This document shows, piece after piece, positions 1-10,706 of a stretch of 64,000 nt of DNA. Made by a program: the position numbers and the translations under genes. This DNA comes from an uncultured bacterium (GTDB lineage Bacteria > Joyebacterota > Joyebacteria > Joyebacterales > Joyebacteraceae), in the NCBI GenBank assembly GCA_964562405.1, contig CAZLTC010000001.1:252-64251 (forward strand). The letters are read 5' to 3'. Position 1 is the stretch's first letter; the number at the start of each line of letters is the position of its first letter. The notes below the pieces were generated by a model that had not been told where the DNA came from, made no database searches, and saw only the letters and a program-made list of their open reading frames with translations.

Positions 1-640
1 CCTCGTCTCCTGTGACGACGAGGGGGAGCGGCGCGTCGCCGAGGCGATCCTCTTCAGTGGCGGCGGTGCGTCATACGAAGAAGTCCGCGGACGCGTTGCG
101 TCCATGAGCGAGAATGAGGTGGGCGTGCTCTTGAAGAGCGCTCTCCACGGGATCGGAGGCCATGAGGCGCCGGTCCGGGAGTTCGAGAGCACGGCCTACG
201 TCTTTGAGATAGTCTGCGACTTCGGCGCGTACAGGGATGTCCAGCGCCACAGAATGACGACGCAGTTGCAGCAGCCTCTCACATGTGAGTTGGGCTACTG
301 GCTCCCGGAGGACGCGCACGATGCCGGTGTCGCCGGCCGGATGCGCGAGGCTCTGGAGCGCGCTGCGGCGGCCTGGGAGTCTCTGGCCTCAGTGGACCCG
401 CTGAGCGCCCAGTACGCGGTTCCGTTGGCCTACCGCAAGCGCTTCCTCATGCAGATGAACTACCGCGAGGCATACGTGTTCGTTCGCCTGCGCTCGAAAT
501 CGCACGGGCACGAGTCGTACCGGCGCATCGCGTGCGCCGTGAAGGAAGAGATCGAACGGGTGCATCCTTTGCTCGGCGGGATGATCCCCGCGGAAAGCGT
601 GCCGGCCGCTGTAATGGTGGAGGACTCTGGTGGTGTCTGA
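1..640 (+). CDS. FAD-dependent thymidylate synthase (ThyX)-like protein, C-terminal part; 5' end lies outside the window
   Basis: The open frame runs from position 2 with no stop. An RHR motif (QRHRMTTQLQQ) and an R-x-x-SHxxxE C-terminal region resemble the ThyX family. The classical RHRx7S serine is not conserved, so the assignment is tentative. Confidence 0.5.
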   Translation, partial: LVSCDDEGERRVAEAILFSGGGASYEEVRGRVASMSENEVGVLLKSALHGIGGHEAPVREFESTAYVFEIVCDFGAYRDVQRHRMTTQLQQPLTCELGYWLPEDAHDAGVAGRMREALERAAAAWESLASVDPLSAQYAVPLAYRKRFLMQMNYREAYVFVRLRSKSHGHESYRRIACAVKEEIERVHPLLGGMIPAESVPAAVMVEDSGGV

Positions 641-1682
641 ACCGGGAATGGAAGAAGTGCGGAGTCGCGAGCACGACTCACCGCCCGCGATCAGCGGGTT
701 CGACCACCCCGAGGGTGGCAAGGTCCACTACGGCGGACAGGCCGTCATCGAGGGAGTGATGATGCGCGGCCCGACCGCGGTAGCGACCGCCGTTCGTCTT
801 CCCGACGGGACCATCTCCGTCCACAAGGAGAGCTTCGTATCACTGTCGAGGCGTAACAGGCTGTTGCGCCTTCCGGTCATCCGCGGAGGGCTGACCCTCA
901 TCGAGTCGCTGACCCTGGGCATCAAGGCGCTCAACTACTCTGCGAGCATGGCCATCGACGCGGCCGGCGATCAGGAAGGCGACGACCATGAGGCCAACGA
1001 CCAAGAGGGCGGAGACCGCAACGGCGAAGCGCAGAGGGCGGGTGAGAAGGAGGGCGCCGGTTGGCGCACCAACGCGGCGCTCACCGGCACGATGATCTTC
1101 GCGTTCGCGCTCGGCATCGTCATCTTCTTCTGGATCCCGATGGTCCTGTCGGGCTTCCTGACGGACGTCATGGGTAGTGACAGCGGCATACTCTTCAATC
1201 TCATAGACGGCGTTATCCGCGTCGCCTTCTTCCTGCTCTATCTCTGGGGCATCTCGCGCTGGAAGGAGATGCGCAGGGTGTTCGAGTACCACGGCGCCGA
1301 GCACAAGGCGATCTTCACCGAGGAGAGTGGCCTAGAGCTGACCCCTGAGAATGCCAGGGCGTTCACGACTCGCCACCCTCGGTGCGGCACCAGCTTCCTC
1401 CTCATCGTGATGGTCGTATCGATCCTCATCTTCATGGTCTTCGGCAAGCCGCCGACGATCGGACTCAGACTGGCCAGACTTCTCCTGATCCCGGTGATCG
1501 CCGGAGTCTCGTACGAGATCATGAAGTTCTCGGCCAAGAAGGCCGATCAGAGGTGGGCGCAACTCGTGTCTGCGCCCGGCATCTGGCTTCAGAGAATAAC
1601 CACGAAGGAACCCAGCGACGATCAGGTTGAGGTCGCCATCGCGGCGCTCGAGGCGGTGAGAGTCGAGGATCAGGGCAGATGA
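630..1682 (+). CDS. DUF1385 (YqhQ-like) membrane protein
   Basis: 350 aa. Conserved N-terminal block [14 protein letters not shown] and multiple C-terminal transmembrane segments. GTG start at 630, 5 nt after GGAGGA. Precedes prfA-prmC, as is common for this family. Confidence 0.75.
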   Translation: MVSEPGMEEVRSREHDSPPAISGFDHPEGGKVHYGGQAVIEGVMMRGPTAVATAVRLPDGTISVHKESFVSLSRRNRLLRLPVIRGGLTLIESLTLGIKALNYSASMAIDAAGDQEGDDHEANDQEGGDRNGEAQRAGEKEGAGWRTNAALTGTMIFAFALGIVIFFWIPMVLSGFLTDVMGSDSGILFNLIDGVIRVAFFLLYLWGISRWKEMRRVFEYHGAEHKAIFTEESGLELTPENARAFTTRHPRCGTSFLLIVMVVSILIFMVFGKPPTIGLRLARLLLIPVIAGVSYEIMKFSAKKADQRWAQLVSAPGIWLQRITTKEPSDDQVEVAIAALEAVRVEDQGR

Positions 1683-2755
1683 GCAAGATGTTCGAGAGGC
1701 TCGAGTCCATGAAGGTCCGCTACGACGAGCTGGCGGACCTTCTCTCCGACCCGGCGATCCTGTCGGACCACAACCTCACGAAGAAGTATTCCAAGGAGAG
1801 GGCCGGGCTGGAGGAGGTCATGAATGTCCACGCGGTCTACAAGAAGGTCATGTCCGATATTGAGGACGCCCACGAGATGATGGAGACCTCGACCGACGCC
1901 GAGTCCAGGGAGTTCGCGAGGGCTGAGTTTCACGAACTCGAGGAGAAGGTCGACGAGCTCGAGGAGGAGCTCAAGCGACTCCTCGTGCCCAAGGATCCCA
2001 ACGACGACAAGAACACGATCATAGAGATCAGGGCGGGCACCGGCGGTGAAGAGGCGGCCCTGTTCGCGGCCGACCTGTTCCGCATGTACAACAGATACGC
2101 GGAGTCGAGGCGTTGGAAGGTGGAGGTGATGAACTCCAACCCGACCGGCACCGGAGGGTTCAAGGAGATCATCTTCATGATCGAGGGGAACGGCGCCTAC
2201 AGCCGCATGAAGTACGAGAGCGGAGTTCATCGCGTTCAGCGGGTGCCGGCCACCGAGTCACAGGGGCGCATCCACACGTCAGCCGCCACGGTAGCCGTCC
2301 TTCCCGAGGCCGACGAGGTCGAGGTGGAGGTCAAGCCGGACGACATCGAGGTCGACGTGTTCAGGTCGTCGGGTCCCGGCGGACAGAGCGTCAACACGAC
2401 CGACTCGGCCGTGCGCATCACGCACAAGCCCACCGGGCTGGTCGTGACCTGCCAGGACGAGAAGTCGCAGCACAAGAATAAGGCCAAAGCGCTCAAGGTG
2501 CTGCGCGCGAGGCTGTATGAGCAGGCGCTCGCGGCGCAGGAGAAGGAGACGGCCGAGGCCAGGCGGAGCCAGGTATCCACGGGCGACCGCAGCGCGAAGA
2601 TCCGCACGTACAACTTCCCGCAGAGCCGGGTCACGGACCACCGCATCGGCATGACGCTGCACGGCATAGACCAGTTCATGGATGGGAACATCGACGAGCT
2701 GGTTGATGCGCTCACCACGAGCGACCAGGCCGAGCAGATCGCCAGAGCGTCATGA
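1679..2755 (+). CDS. prfA: peptide chain release factor 1
   Basis: GGQ motif ([19 protein letters not shown]) and the RF1-specific PAT tripeptide ([14 protein letters not shown]). The start overlaps the upstream stop (ATGA). Confidence 0.95.
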   Translation: MSKMFERLESMKVRYDELADLLSDPAILSDHNLTKKYSKERAGLEEVMNVHAVYKKVMSDIEDAHEMMETSTDAESREFARAEFHELEEKVDELEEELKRLLVPKDPNDDKNTIIEIRAGTGGEEAALFAADLFRMYNRYAESRRWKVEVMNSNPTGTGGFKEIIFMIEGNGAYSRMKYESGVHRVQRVPATESQGRIHTSAATVAVLPEADEVEVEVKPDDIEVDVFRSSGPGGQSVNTTDSAVRITHKPTGLVVTCQDEKSQHKNKAKALKVLRARLYEQALAAQEKETAEARRSQVSTGDRSAKIRTYNFPQSRVTDHRIGMTLHGIDQFMDGNIDELVDALTTSDQAEQIARAS

Positions 2756-3654
2756 CCAAGAAGACCTGGACAGTCCTCGAACTCATCGATTGGAGCAGAG
2801 CGTACCTCGCGGAGAAGGGCCTCGAGAACACGAGGCTCGAGACCGAACTTCTCCTGGGTCACGCGCTGTCCCTCCCGCGCATCGAACTGTATCTCAACTA
2901 CGCGCGTCCTATGGACGAGGGCGAGCTGGCTCGTTACAAGGTTCTTCTGAAGAGGCGCCTCTCGGGCGAGCCCGTTCAGTACATAACGGGGACGGTCTCG
3001 TTCATGTTCGCGGAGTTCGAGGTGAACCGATCCGTGCTCATCCCGCGGCCAGAGACTGAGGCGCTTACGGAGGTGGCGCTCCAGTTGCTGAACGAGACGG
3101 GCTCGGGCGTCGATTCGGGAATGGGCTCCGATGCCGAGCAGGTGATCGCGGACGTGGGCACCGGGTCAGGAGTCATCGCCGTCACGCTGGCAATGAAGGC
3201 CCCGCGTGCTCGCGTGCTTGCCACCGACGCGTCGGAGGAGGCGCTGCGAGTCGCGGCCCGCAACGCAGAGAGGGCCGGCGTCTCCGGTCGCATCGAGTTT
3301 CTGCAAGGCGAGATGCTCGAGCCGCTTCTGGGGGCCGGACTCGCAGGCGGTCTGACGCTTCTCGTCTCCAATCCGCCCTACGTGGCCAGCGGCGACATCG
3401 AGTCGCTGCCGCCCGAGGTACGCGACTTCGAGCCCAGGATCGCGCTCGACGGAGGCACGGACGGCCTTGACTGTCTGCGGGTGATGGCGCAGGATGGACC
3501 GTCGCTGCTGGCTCCGGGAGGAGCGCTGGCGCTCGAGGTGGGTGACGGGCAGGCCGACGCGGTCGCGGACATGGTTCGGGCGGTCGTGGGCGCCTCCGAG
3601 ACAATGAAGGACTACGCCGGGCGCGACAGGATCGTCGTCGGGCGCAGGGCATAG
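2752..3654 (+). CDS. prmC: release factor glutamine N5-methyltransferase PrmC/HemK
   Basis: NPPY motif (LLVSNPPYV) and a SAM-binding fold. Lies immediately downstream of prfA with a 4-bp overlap. Confidence 0.9.
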   Translation: MTKKTWTVLELIDWSRAYLAEKGLENTRLETELLLGHALSLPRIELYLNYARPMDEGELARYKVLLKRRLSGEPVQYITGTVSFMFAEFEVNRSVLIPRPETEALTEVALQLLNETGSGVDSGMGSDAEQVIADVGTGSGVIAVTLAMKAPRARVLATDASEEALRVAARNAERAGVSGRIEFLQGEMLEPLLGAGLAGGLTLLVSNPPYVASGDIESLPPEVRDFEPRIALDGGTDGLDCLRVMAQDGPSLLAPGGALALEVGDGQADAVADMVRAVVGASETMKDYAGRDRIVVGRRA

Positions 3655-3677
3655 ATGGGACAACCGGGAGAGCATCG

Positions 3678-4931
3678 ATGGACAGAATCCTGATAGAGGG
3701 CGGGCATCGACTCGAGGGCGAGGTCACGATCGGCGGCGCGAAGAACGCGGCCCTGCCGATCATGGCGGCCACGCTCCTGGCGCCTGGCGTCTTCACCCTC
3801 AAGAACGTGCCCAGCCTCGCGGACGTCCGTACGATGGGGCACGTCCTTCGTGTGCTGGGTGCGGCCGTCGACCACCACGACCATGCAATGACGATCGACA
3901 CCACGAACGCCCGCTACCACGAGGCGCCCTACGAGTTGGTGAAGACGATGCGCGCCTCGGTCTGTGTGCTCGGTCCGATTCTGGGAAGGCTTGGGAAGGC
4001 CCGCGTGTCGTTACCGGGCGGATGCGCGTGGGGACCGCGCCCCGTCGACTTCCACATCCGGGCCATGAAGGACCTGGGGGCGTCTGTCGAGATCGAGCAT
4101 GGCTACATCGTCGCCGAGTCGGCCCGTCTCAAGGGCGCCACGATCCACTTCGACACCTCGAGCGTCGGCGCCACCGAGAACGCGATGATGGCCGCCACGC
4201 TCGCGAATGGCCAGACCGTCATCGAGAACGCCGCCCGCGAGCCGGAGGTCCGCGCGCTCGCCGAGTTCCTCCGCGCGATGGGCGCGGACATAGCGGGAGA
4301 CGGGACCGGTACGATCGTCATAGAGGGTTCTTCGGAGCTTCACCCCGCCGACGTTGAGGTGATACCTGACAGGATCGAGACGGGCACGTTCATGGTCGCC
4401 GTCGCGATGACCGGAGGTGACGTCCTCATGAGGGGCGCGCGGCTGGACCACGCGAGCGCCGTGGTGAACAAGCTCAGGGAGGCAGGCGCGGAGATCGCCG
4501 AGGAGGATGGGGGCGTCCGCGTGCGCGGCCCGGTGTGGGCAAGGGCGGTCAACGTCACGACCGCGCCGTTTCCAGGTTTCCCGACGGACATGCAGGCCCA
4601 GTTCATGGCGCTCATGGCGGTGGCCGATGGTTCCTCGGTCATCACCGAGACGATCTATGCGGACAGATTCTCGCACGTTCCCGAGCTGAAGCGGCTCGGA
4701 GCCGAGATCAACCTCGACAGAAACATCGCGGTCGTCACGGGAGTGAAGAAGCTTTCGGCAGCGAAGGTCATGGCGACCGATCTCCGCGCAAGCGCGGCGC
4801 TCATTCTCGCGGGGCTCGTGGCTGAGGGCGAGACGGAGGTCTCGCGCGTCTACCACATAGACAGAGGCTACGAGGCCATCGAGAAGAAGCTCGGGGCGCT
4901 CGGCGCGAACGTGACGAGGGTCAAGGACTAG
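3678..4931 (+). CDS. murA: UDP-N-acetylglucosamine 1-carboxyvinyltransferase
   Basis: N-terminus [31 protein letters not shown], active-site loop [13 protein letters not shown] and full-length EPT fold. Confidence 0.95.
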   Translation: MDRILIEGGHRLEGEVTIGGAKNAALPIMAATLLAPGVFTLKNVPSLADVRTMGHVLRVLGAAVDHHDHAMTIDTTNARYHEAPYELVKTMRASVCVLGPILGRLGKARVSLPGGCAWGPRPVDFHIRAMKDLGASVEIEHGYIVAESARLKGATIHFDTSSVGATENAMMAATLANGQTVIENAAREPEVRALAEFLRAMGADIAGDGTGTIVIEGSSELHPADVEVIPDRIETGTFMVAVAMTGGDVLMRGARLDHASAVVNKLREAGAEIAEEDGGVRVRGPVWARAVNVTTAPFPGFPTDMQAQFMALMAVADGSSVITETIYADRFSHVPELKRLGAEINLDRNIAVVTGVKKLSAAKVMATDLRASAALILAGLVAEGETEVSRVYHIDRGYEAIEKKLGALGANVTRVKD

Positions 4932-4986
4932 AGCGGCGCCTTTGGGCGCTCCGAACCGCTTCCTTCGAACACCGCGGAGGCATCCC

Positions 4987-6888
4987 TTGCCCGAACCCGC
5001 CAGGCACGTCATCCTCGGAACAGCGGGCCACATAGACCACGGCAAGACCGAACTCGTTCGCGCGCTCACCGGCGTCGACACCGACCGACTTCGCGAGGAG
5101 AAGGAGCGTGGCATCTCCATCGAGCTGGGGTTCGCCCGGCTCGACCTGCCCGACGGAACCACCCTGGGCGTCGTGGACGTTCCCGGACACGAGAAGTTCG
5201 TCAGAACGATGCTGGCCGGCGCGGCCGGGACGGATATTGTCCTTCTCGTCGTGGCGGCCGATGAGGGCGTCATGCCGCAGACGCGTGAGCATCTCGACAT
5301 CATCGACCTGCTCGGCGTGAGGGCCGGGATCATCGCGCTCACGAAGACCGACCTCGTCGGGCCCGAGGAGATAGAACTCGCGGCCGAGGAGGCAAGGGAG
5401 CTCGTCGAGGGGACGACCCTCTCAGACGCGCCGGTCGTGCCGGTCTCGTCGGTGACGGGCGATGGGATCGACGAGCTGAAGGCCGTGATCGCCGAGCTGG
5501 CGGCCTCGGTCAAGGAGCGGTCCGCGTCGGGCACCGCACGACTCCCGGTCGACCGCGTGTTCAGCCTGGCCGGCCACGGTACCATCGTCACAGGGACGCT
5601 CTGGTCAGGAAGCGTGGCGGCGGGCGACAGGTTGGAACTCCTGCCCCGCGGCATCGAGGCCCGTGTCCGCAGCGTACAGGTCCACGACTCGCCCGTCGAG
5701 CGGGCCGAGGCCGGACAGAGAACTGCGATAGGGCTCGCCGGTGTGAGCCGCGAGGACGTCGCGCGAGGCGACACCCTGTGTGCCCCGGGCTCGCTGCGCA
5801 TCACGCACATGCTCGACGCGAGGCTTCGGCTGGTTCGTGGCGCCAGGCCGCTGCGCAACAGAGCGCGCGTGCACTTCCACCTCGGGACGGCAGAAGCGCT
5901 CGCGCGGGTCGTGCTCCTGGAGGCCGAGGAACTTGGACCAGGCCAGGAGGGTCTGATCCAGGTCCGGCTCGAGACGCCGATGGTCGCCGATCGTGACGAC
6001 CTCTTCGTCATCCGGTCCTACTCGCCGGTCGCCACGATGGGCGGAGGCCGCGTCATAGACCCCGCGCCCAAGAGACACAAGCGCATGAGGGACGACGTGC
6101 TCGATGCGCTGAGCGTTCTCGAGGAGGGAAGCCCTGAGGACGTGGTCCTTCAGCTCGTCGACGACTCAGGCGTCGAGGGTCTGTCCGAGTCGGAGCTTGC
6201 TCAGGGAGTCGGGCAGGACGCGGCTGGGGCGGTCGATGGCCTGCTCGCAGACGGCAGGCTTGTCGAGCTCGAGGGCAGATACCACACCGTGAGAGGGCTC
6301 GCCGAGGCCGGAGAGCGCATCGCGGAGATCTTGGGCGCGCACCGCAAGAGCGCTCCGCTCGAGTGGGGCATGTCGGCGGAGGAGCTGCGCGGCAAGTTGT
6401 CGCGGGGACTCGACAGGCGGACGCTCGACGCGTTCCTCGCGCGCCTTGGCGAGGAGGGCCTGGTGTCGCGCCGCGGCGATCTGGTGCGTCTGGGTGGGGA
6501 GGACGTGAAGCTGTCCGGTGCCCAGGCATCGCTCGCCGACAGGATAGAGTCCAGATTGCTCGAGGCCGGCGCGAACGTCCCCTCGCTCGACGAGCTCAGA
6601 CTCGAGGTCGGTGGAGCCGAGTTCGACGCCATCGTCAAACTGCTGGTCGAGACCGGTAGGCTGACGAAGGTAACGACGACGCTTCTCTACCATCCGGAAG
6701 TCATTCACGACATCAGGGAGCGAGTGCTCCGCCGACTGGACGAGGACGGCGAACTCTCCGTCCCTCTCTTCAAAGACATGACCGCCGTGTCCAGGAAGTA
6801 CGCGATCCCGTTGCTCGAGTTTTTCGACCGCGAGGGCACGACGATGCGGTCGGGAAACGTCCGCGTAAAAGGCAGGAAAGCAAGATAG
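4987..6888 (+). CDS. selB: selenocysteine-specific translation elongation factor SelB
   Basis: GTP-binding motifs [11 protein letters not shown] and DVPGHEKF, followed by a long C-terminal winged-helix extension. A TTG at 4987 preceded by GGAGG is the most likely start; the ORF-track start is 4942. Confidence 0.85.
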   Translation: MPEPARHVILGTAGHIDHGKTELVRALTGVDTDRLREEKERGISIELGFARLDLPDGTTLGVVDVPGHEKFVRTMLAGAAGTDIVLLVVAADEGVMPQTREHLDIIDLLGVRAGIIALTKTDLVGPEEIELAAEEARELVEGTTLSDAPVVPVSSVTGDGIDELKAVIAELAASVKERSASGTARLPVDRVFSLAGHGTIVTGTLWSGSVAAGDRLELLPRGIEARVRSVQVHDSPVERAEAGQRTAIGLAGVSREDVARGDTLCAPGSLRITHMLDARLRLVRGARPLRNRARVHFHLGTAEALARVVLLEAEELGPGQEGLIQVRLETPMVADRDDLFVIRSYSPVATMGGGRVIDPAPKRHKRMRDDVLDALSVLEEGSPEDVVLQLVDDSGVEGLSESELAQGVGQDAAGAVDGLLADGRLVELEGRYHTVRGLAEAGERIAEILGAHRKSAPLEWGMSAEELRGKLSRGLDRRTLDAFLARLGEEGLVSRRGDLVRLGGEDVKLSGAQASLADRIESRLLEAGANVPSLDELRLEVGGAEFDAIVKLLVETGRLTKVTTTLLYHPEVIHDIRERVLRRLDEDGELSVPLFKDMTAVSRKYAIPLLEFFDREGTTMRSGNVRVKGRKAR

Positions 6889-6974
6889 CACGGCCGGCGC
6901 CGGTGGTTCGAGGCGGCAGCCGCCACGCGACAGGGCCCCGGCTGAGGGGGTGGTCCTGGGCCGCTGGAGGTCGG

Positions 6975-8048
6975 ATGTCTCTGGGGAGAGAGCGCAGGGA
7001 GTCAAGGGGCGTTTCCATCGGCGGCGTGGCCGTTGGCGGCGGCGCTCCCATATCCGTGCAGTCGATGACAAACACGCCGCCCGCGGACGTCGAGCGGACC
7101 TCGGCGCAGATAGATAGACTTGCCTCAGCCGGCTGCGAGATCATACGCGTCGCCGTCCCGGACGCCTCCGCGACCGACGCGCTGCGGGAGATCGTCGGTC
7201 GCTCACCGATACCGGTCGTCGCTGACGTGCATTTCGACCACCGGCTCGCTCTGGCGGCGATCGCCGCCGGTGCGCACGGCATCCGCATCAACCCCGGCAA
7301 CATAGGCTCGGCGGACCGCGTGCGCGCGGTTGTCGACGCGGCCGGTGACGCCGGGATCCCCATCCGCATTGGCGTCAACGCCGGATCGCTCGAGCGCGAC
7401 ATCCTCGAGCGGGAGGGGCGGCCAACGGCGGAAGGCATGGTCGAGAGCTGCCTGAGGCACGTCGAGCTTGTCGAAGAGATGGGGTTCCGCGACATCATCC
7501 TGTCGCTCAAGGCCTCCGATGTCGCGATGACCGTGGAGGCGAACCGGTCCATCGCGGCGCACTGTGACTATCCGCTGCACCTCGGCGTCACCGAGGCCGG
7601 CACCCTGCTCACCGGAGCCGTGCGCTCGGCGGTCGGCATGGGCATCCTCCTGGCCGAAGGCATAGGCGACACGATACGCGTGTCGCTGGCCGGGCCGCCC
7701 GAGGAGGAGGTCGTCGTCGGGCGGCGCATCCTGTCGTCGCTGGGCCTGCGGCACGGTGGGGTAACAGTCATCGCGTGCCCGACCTGCGGGAGGTGCACGA
7801 TCGACGTGGCGGCCATCGCCGGGGAGGTCGAGCGCAGGACCGCGCACGTCCGCCGCGAGCTGGTGGTCGCCGTCATGGGATGCTCCGTCAACGGCCCCGG
7901 CGAGGCACGCGAGGCGGACGTCGGCGTCGCCGGAGGGGGCGGAGATGCCGTGCTGTTCAGGGGCGGCGAGGTGGTTGGCAGGATAGACGGAGCAGATGCC
8001 GCGCGCATCCTGCTCGAGGAGATCCTGGGAGACGCGGAGCAGGACTAA
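6975..8048 (+). CDS. ispG: 4-hydroxy-3-methylbut-2-enyl diphosphate synthase (flavodoxin)
   Basis: Conserved GcpE blocks (PISVQSMTNT, TEAGT) and C-terminal Fe-S cysteines CPTCGRC. ATG at 6975. Confidence 0.9.
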   Translation: MSLGRERRESRGVSIGGVAVGGGAPISVQSMTNTPPADVERTSAQIDRLASAGCEIIRVAVPDASATDALREIVGRSPIPVVADVHFDHRLALAAIAAGAHGIRINPGNIGSADRVRAVVDAAGDAGIPIRIGVNAGSLERDILEREGRPTAEGMVESCLRHVELVEEMGFRDIILSLKASDVAMTVEANRSIAAHCDYPLHLGVTEAGTLLTGAVRSAVGMGILLAEGIGDTIRVSLAGPPEEEVVVGRRILSSLGLRHGGVTVIACPTCGRCTIDVAAIAGEVERRTAHVRRELVVAVMGCSVNGPGEAREADVGVAGGGGDAVLFRGGEVVGRIDGADAARILLEEILGDAEQD

Positions 8049-8117
8049 CGGTCACAGGCGGCTCGGTCCGAGGATCGTTCCGCGGGTGGGTCGGTGACAC
8101 GCCGATCGGATGGGCAA

Positions 8118-9233
8118 ATGCCGACACTGATCGTATTCGGCGAGCACCTCTGCCACCGCGCGGGCGGGGCCGAGACGAGCACGTACCTCCTGACGCGGCG
8201 TCTTGCGGAGAACCAGGCGTTGCACGTCGTGCCCGTCTCGGGCGTGTCCGAGCGTTACGAGCTGAGGCTCGACCGCGTTCCCTACGATGACCTCGTAGAG
8301 TTGCCGCTGACGAGCCTGAGCGTGCGGCTTCCGTTCTTCGAGTACGCGCTCAACTCTCGACCCGTAGGTGACTACATGCGCGCCGCCTCCGGCGACATCC
8401 TCTTCGCAAACGGCATGGCGGCGCCCGCGGCCATCAACGCGTTCGAGGGCCCATCGGTCTACTTCATCCACGATGAGATGAGCCTGAACGTCTACCGGAC
8501 GTACGAGACGAGACCGCTCAAGCGCCTGAAGTTCGGAGTGAGATGGCAGATCGACCTTCCGTTCATGCTGAGCTATCGCTCCGACAACATGAAGGCGATG
8601 CGCAGGGCGAAGCTCGTGGTGGCCAACTCCCGCCACGTCGCGCGGAGGGCGACCGAGCTCCTGGGGGTGAATCCTGTGGTCGTCTATCCGCAGGTCGATG
8701 TCGTCTCGTTGCGCGGGGAACCCATGCCGCCGCTGGAGGAGCGCCCGTTCATAATGATGGTCGGCGACCAGGAGGTGAAGGGGGCGGGCACATTCCGCAG
8801 GATCGCCAACGCCATGCCCGACCACGAGTTCCTCGCGGTGGGCCGCGGGTTTGCCGAAGGGAAGGTCGGAAACATCACCTTCCGGGGGTTCGTGCCTGAC
8901 CCGCTCACGTACTACAGGAAGGCGAAGGTCGTCCTGCTCCCCTCGACCTGGGAGGAGGGTTTCGGTATGGTGTCGGTCGAGGCGTCGGCTCTGGGTATAC
9001 CGACCGTCGTCTCGAACCGTGGAGGTCTCCCCGAGACGGTGCCCGGCACGGACCTCGTCGTGACCGACTACCGCGATCCGGTACGCTGGGTGGAGACGAT
9101 ACGCCTGGTGCTGGACGACTACGAGGCGCGCTCGAAGAAGGCACGCGAACACGCGATGCAGTTCGACGGCAGGCTACAGATACAGCTTCTGGTGGAACGC
9201 GTCCGCGCCGCGACCGGCGTGGAGCTATCCTGA
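8118..9233 (+). CDS. glycosyltransferase family 4 (GT-B, group 1)
   Basis: EX7E-type motif region EEGFGMVSVEASALGIPTVVSNRGGLPETV. ATG at 8118 is in frame. Confidence 0.8.
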   Translation: MPTLIVFGEHLCHRAGGAETSTYLLTRRLAENQALHVVPVSGVSERYELRLDRVPYDDLVELPLTSLSVRLPFFEYALNSRPVGDYMRAASGDILFANGMAAPAAINAFEGPSVYFIHDEMSLNVYRTYETRPLKRLKFGVRWQIDLPFMLSYRSDNMKAMRRAKLVVANSRHVARRATELLGVNPVVVYPQVDVVSLRGEPMPPLEERPFIMMVGDQEVKGAGTFRRIANAMPDHEFLAVGRGFAEGKVGNITFRGFVPDPLTYYRKAKVVLLPSTWEEGFGMVSVEASALGIPTVVSNRGGLPETVPGTDLVVTDYRDPVRWVETIRLVLDDYEARSKKAREHAMQFDGRLQIQLLVERVRAATGVELS

Positions 9234-9289
9234 CGCACGTGTCAAGTGAGGCGCCGTCCAACGGGGCGGCCGAACCAGAGGAGGCGGAC

Positions 9290-9751
9290 ATGAGACGTTG
9301 GACCAGGTATGCGGCGCTTGCCGCGCTCGTCGTCGCTCTGGCAGCGCTCGCGGGATGCGCCGCCGGCTCCCCGCGGTTCATGGAGGAGCCCGCCGGCTTC
9401 TGGATGGGCGTGTGGCACGGCCTGATCATCATCATCGCGTTCATCGTGAGCCTGTTCAACCACACCGTGCACATCTACGAGGCGAACAACAACGGCGCCT
9501 GGTATGATTTCGGCTTCATCATCGGACTTCTCATCTCGGTAGGAGGCTGCATCGGTGGCGGCCACAAGAAGCGCCGCAGGCGCAAGACGGACGAGTGGGA
9601 CGAGATTGGTGAAAAGGTGGAGAAGCGCGTGCGCATGGGCATCGACCGTTGGCTCGAGGAGAAGGGTGAGCGCGACGACGAGTGGGAGGAGATAGGGAAG
9701 AAGATCGAGGAGAAGATCAAGCGTGAGCTCAAGGACTGGGCGGACAAGTGA
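9290..9751 (+). CDS. hypothetical lipoprotein / membrane protein with a duplicated acidic C-terminal repeat
   Basis: Signal peptide plus lipobox (LAALAGC), two hydrophobic segments and a polybasic stretch (HKKRRRRK). The C-terminal region is highly charged and carries a tandem DEW(D/E)EIG(E/K)K(V/I)E(K/E)K repeat. GAGGAGG RBS before the ATG at 9290. Confidence 0.6.
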   Translation: MRRWTRYAALAALVVALAALAGCAAGSPRFMEEPAGFWMGVWHGLIIIIAFIVSLFNHTVHIYEANNNGAWYDFGFIIGLLISVGGCIGGGHKKRRRRKTDEWDEIGEKVEKRVRMGIDRWLEEKGERDDEWEEIGKKIEEKIKRELKDWADK

Positions 9752-9764
9752 CATCCCGCCACAG

Positions 9765-9797
9765 GTCGGCGACTCGCAACGCCCGGGGCGACACGTC
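9765..9797 (+). terminator. GC-rich hairpin after the lipoprotein gene
   Basis: 11-bp perfect stem (CAACGCCCGGG...CCCGGGCGTTG) with a 9-nt loop. No clear U-tract, so it may be rho-dependent or purely structural. Confidence 0.3.
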
Positions 9798-9935
9798 CCG
9801 GGCGTTGTGACGAGAGCACGTCCGAGGCAACGTTCATGTTTGCTCCCCTCTTCGGGCGCGCGCATCCAAACAGGATGGTAATCGACCGCGGAGCGGTCTT
9901 ATGTTCCCGGAAGTTGCGCGAGAGAGGAGCCGGCG

Positions 9936-10604
9936 ATGGTCGTGCGCAAGATAGTGGAGATCGACGAGGAGAGGTGCGACGGATGCGGGCTGTGCGCGAC
10001 GGCCTGCCACGAGGGCGCAATACAGATCGTGAACGGCAAGGCGAAGCTCGTATCCGACACATACTGCGACGGTCTCGGCGATTGTCTTCAGGAGTGTCCG
10101 AGGGACGCGATCACGGTCATCGAGCGTGAAGCGGACGAGTACGACGCCGAGGCGGTCGAGGAGAGAATAGCCGACGCGAGGCAAGCACCCGGCGCGAAGC
10201 GAGCACCCGGCGCTGCGACGCAGCTCAGGCAGTGGCCCGTACAGCTGATGCTGGTCCCGCCTACCGCTCCCTTCCTCAAGGGCGCGGACATTCTCGTTAC
10301 GGCCGACTGCGTGCCGTTCGCCGCTGCCAACTACCACGACAAGTACCTCGCCGGCAGGGTCACGGTCGTGGGCTGCCCGAAGTTCGACGATATCCAGCAC
10401 TACTACGAGAAGCTCAAGCTCATGTTCGCCGAGGCCCGTCCCGCCAGCATCGCCGTCGTGCGCATGGAAGTGCCATGCTGCGGCGGCATCGCCCAGGTGG
10501 TGACTCGTGCAAGGGCCGACGTCGTCCCCGACACCGAGCTCACGATAATCACCATCGGGATCCACGGAGACGAGAAGAGCGTGGAGCGCGTACCGTCCCC
10601 GTGA
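9936..10604 (+). CDS. 4Fe-4S dicluster ferredoxin-domain protein with a C-terminal CCGG-containing domain
   Basis: Two cluster motifs (CDGCGLCATAC, CDGLGDCLQECP), then a conserved C-terminal domain (WPVQLMLVPP...VPCCGG). GAGGAG RBS. Confidence 0.65.
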   Translation: MVVRKIVEIDEERCDGCGLCATACHEGAIQIVNGKAKLVSDTYCDGLGDCLQECPRDAITVIEREADEYDAEAVEERIADARQAPGAKRAPGAATQLRQWPVQLMLVPPTAPFLKGADILVTADCVPFAAANYHDKYLAGRVTVVGCPKFDDIQHYYEKLKLMFAEARPASIAVVRMEVPCCGGIAQVVTRARADVVPDTELTIITIGIHGDEKSVERVPSP

Positions 10605-10706
10605 TAGACTCGCCCTCCGAGACACGGGGCACCGAACGTCGTGCGTTCCGTCGGGCGCGCACCCGCCACGGGAGTGCGCCCCTCGGACCCTGCCGGGAGA
10701 CGCAGC

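Noticed and set aside
4011-6011. 666-aa ORF on the - strand antisense to murA/selB
   Set aside because: It is Ser/Thr/Arg/Ala-rich with no domain signature. It fully overlaps two well-supported + strand genes. This is the classic high-GC antisense open frame (third-position GC keeps the reverse frame open).
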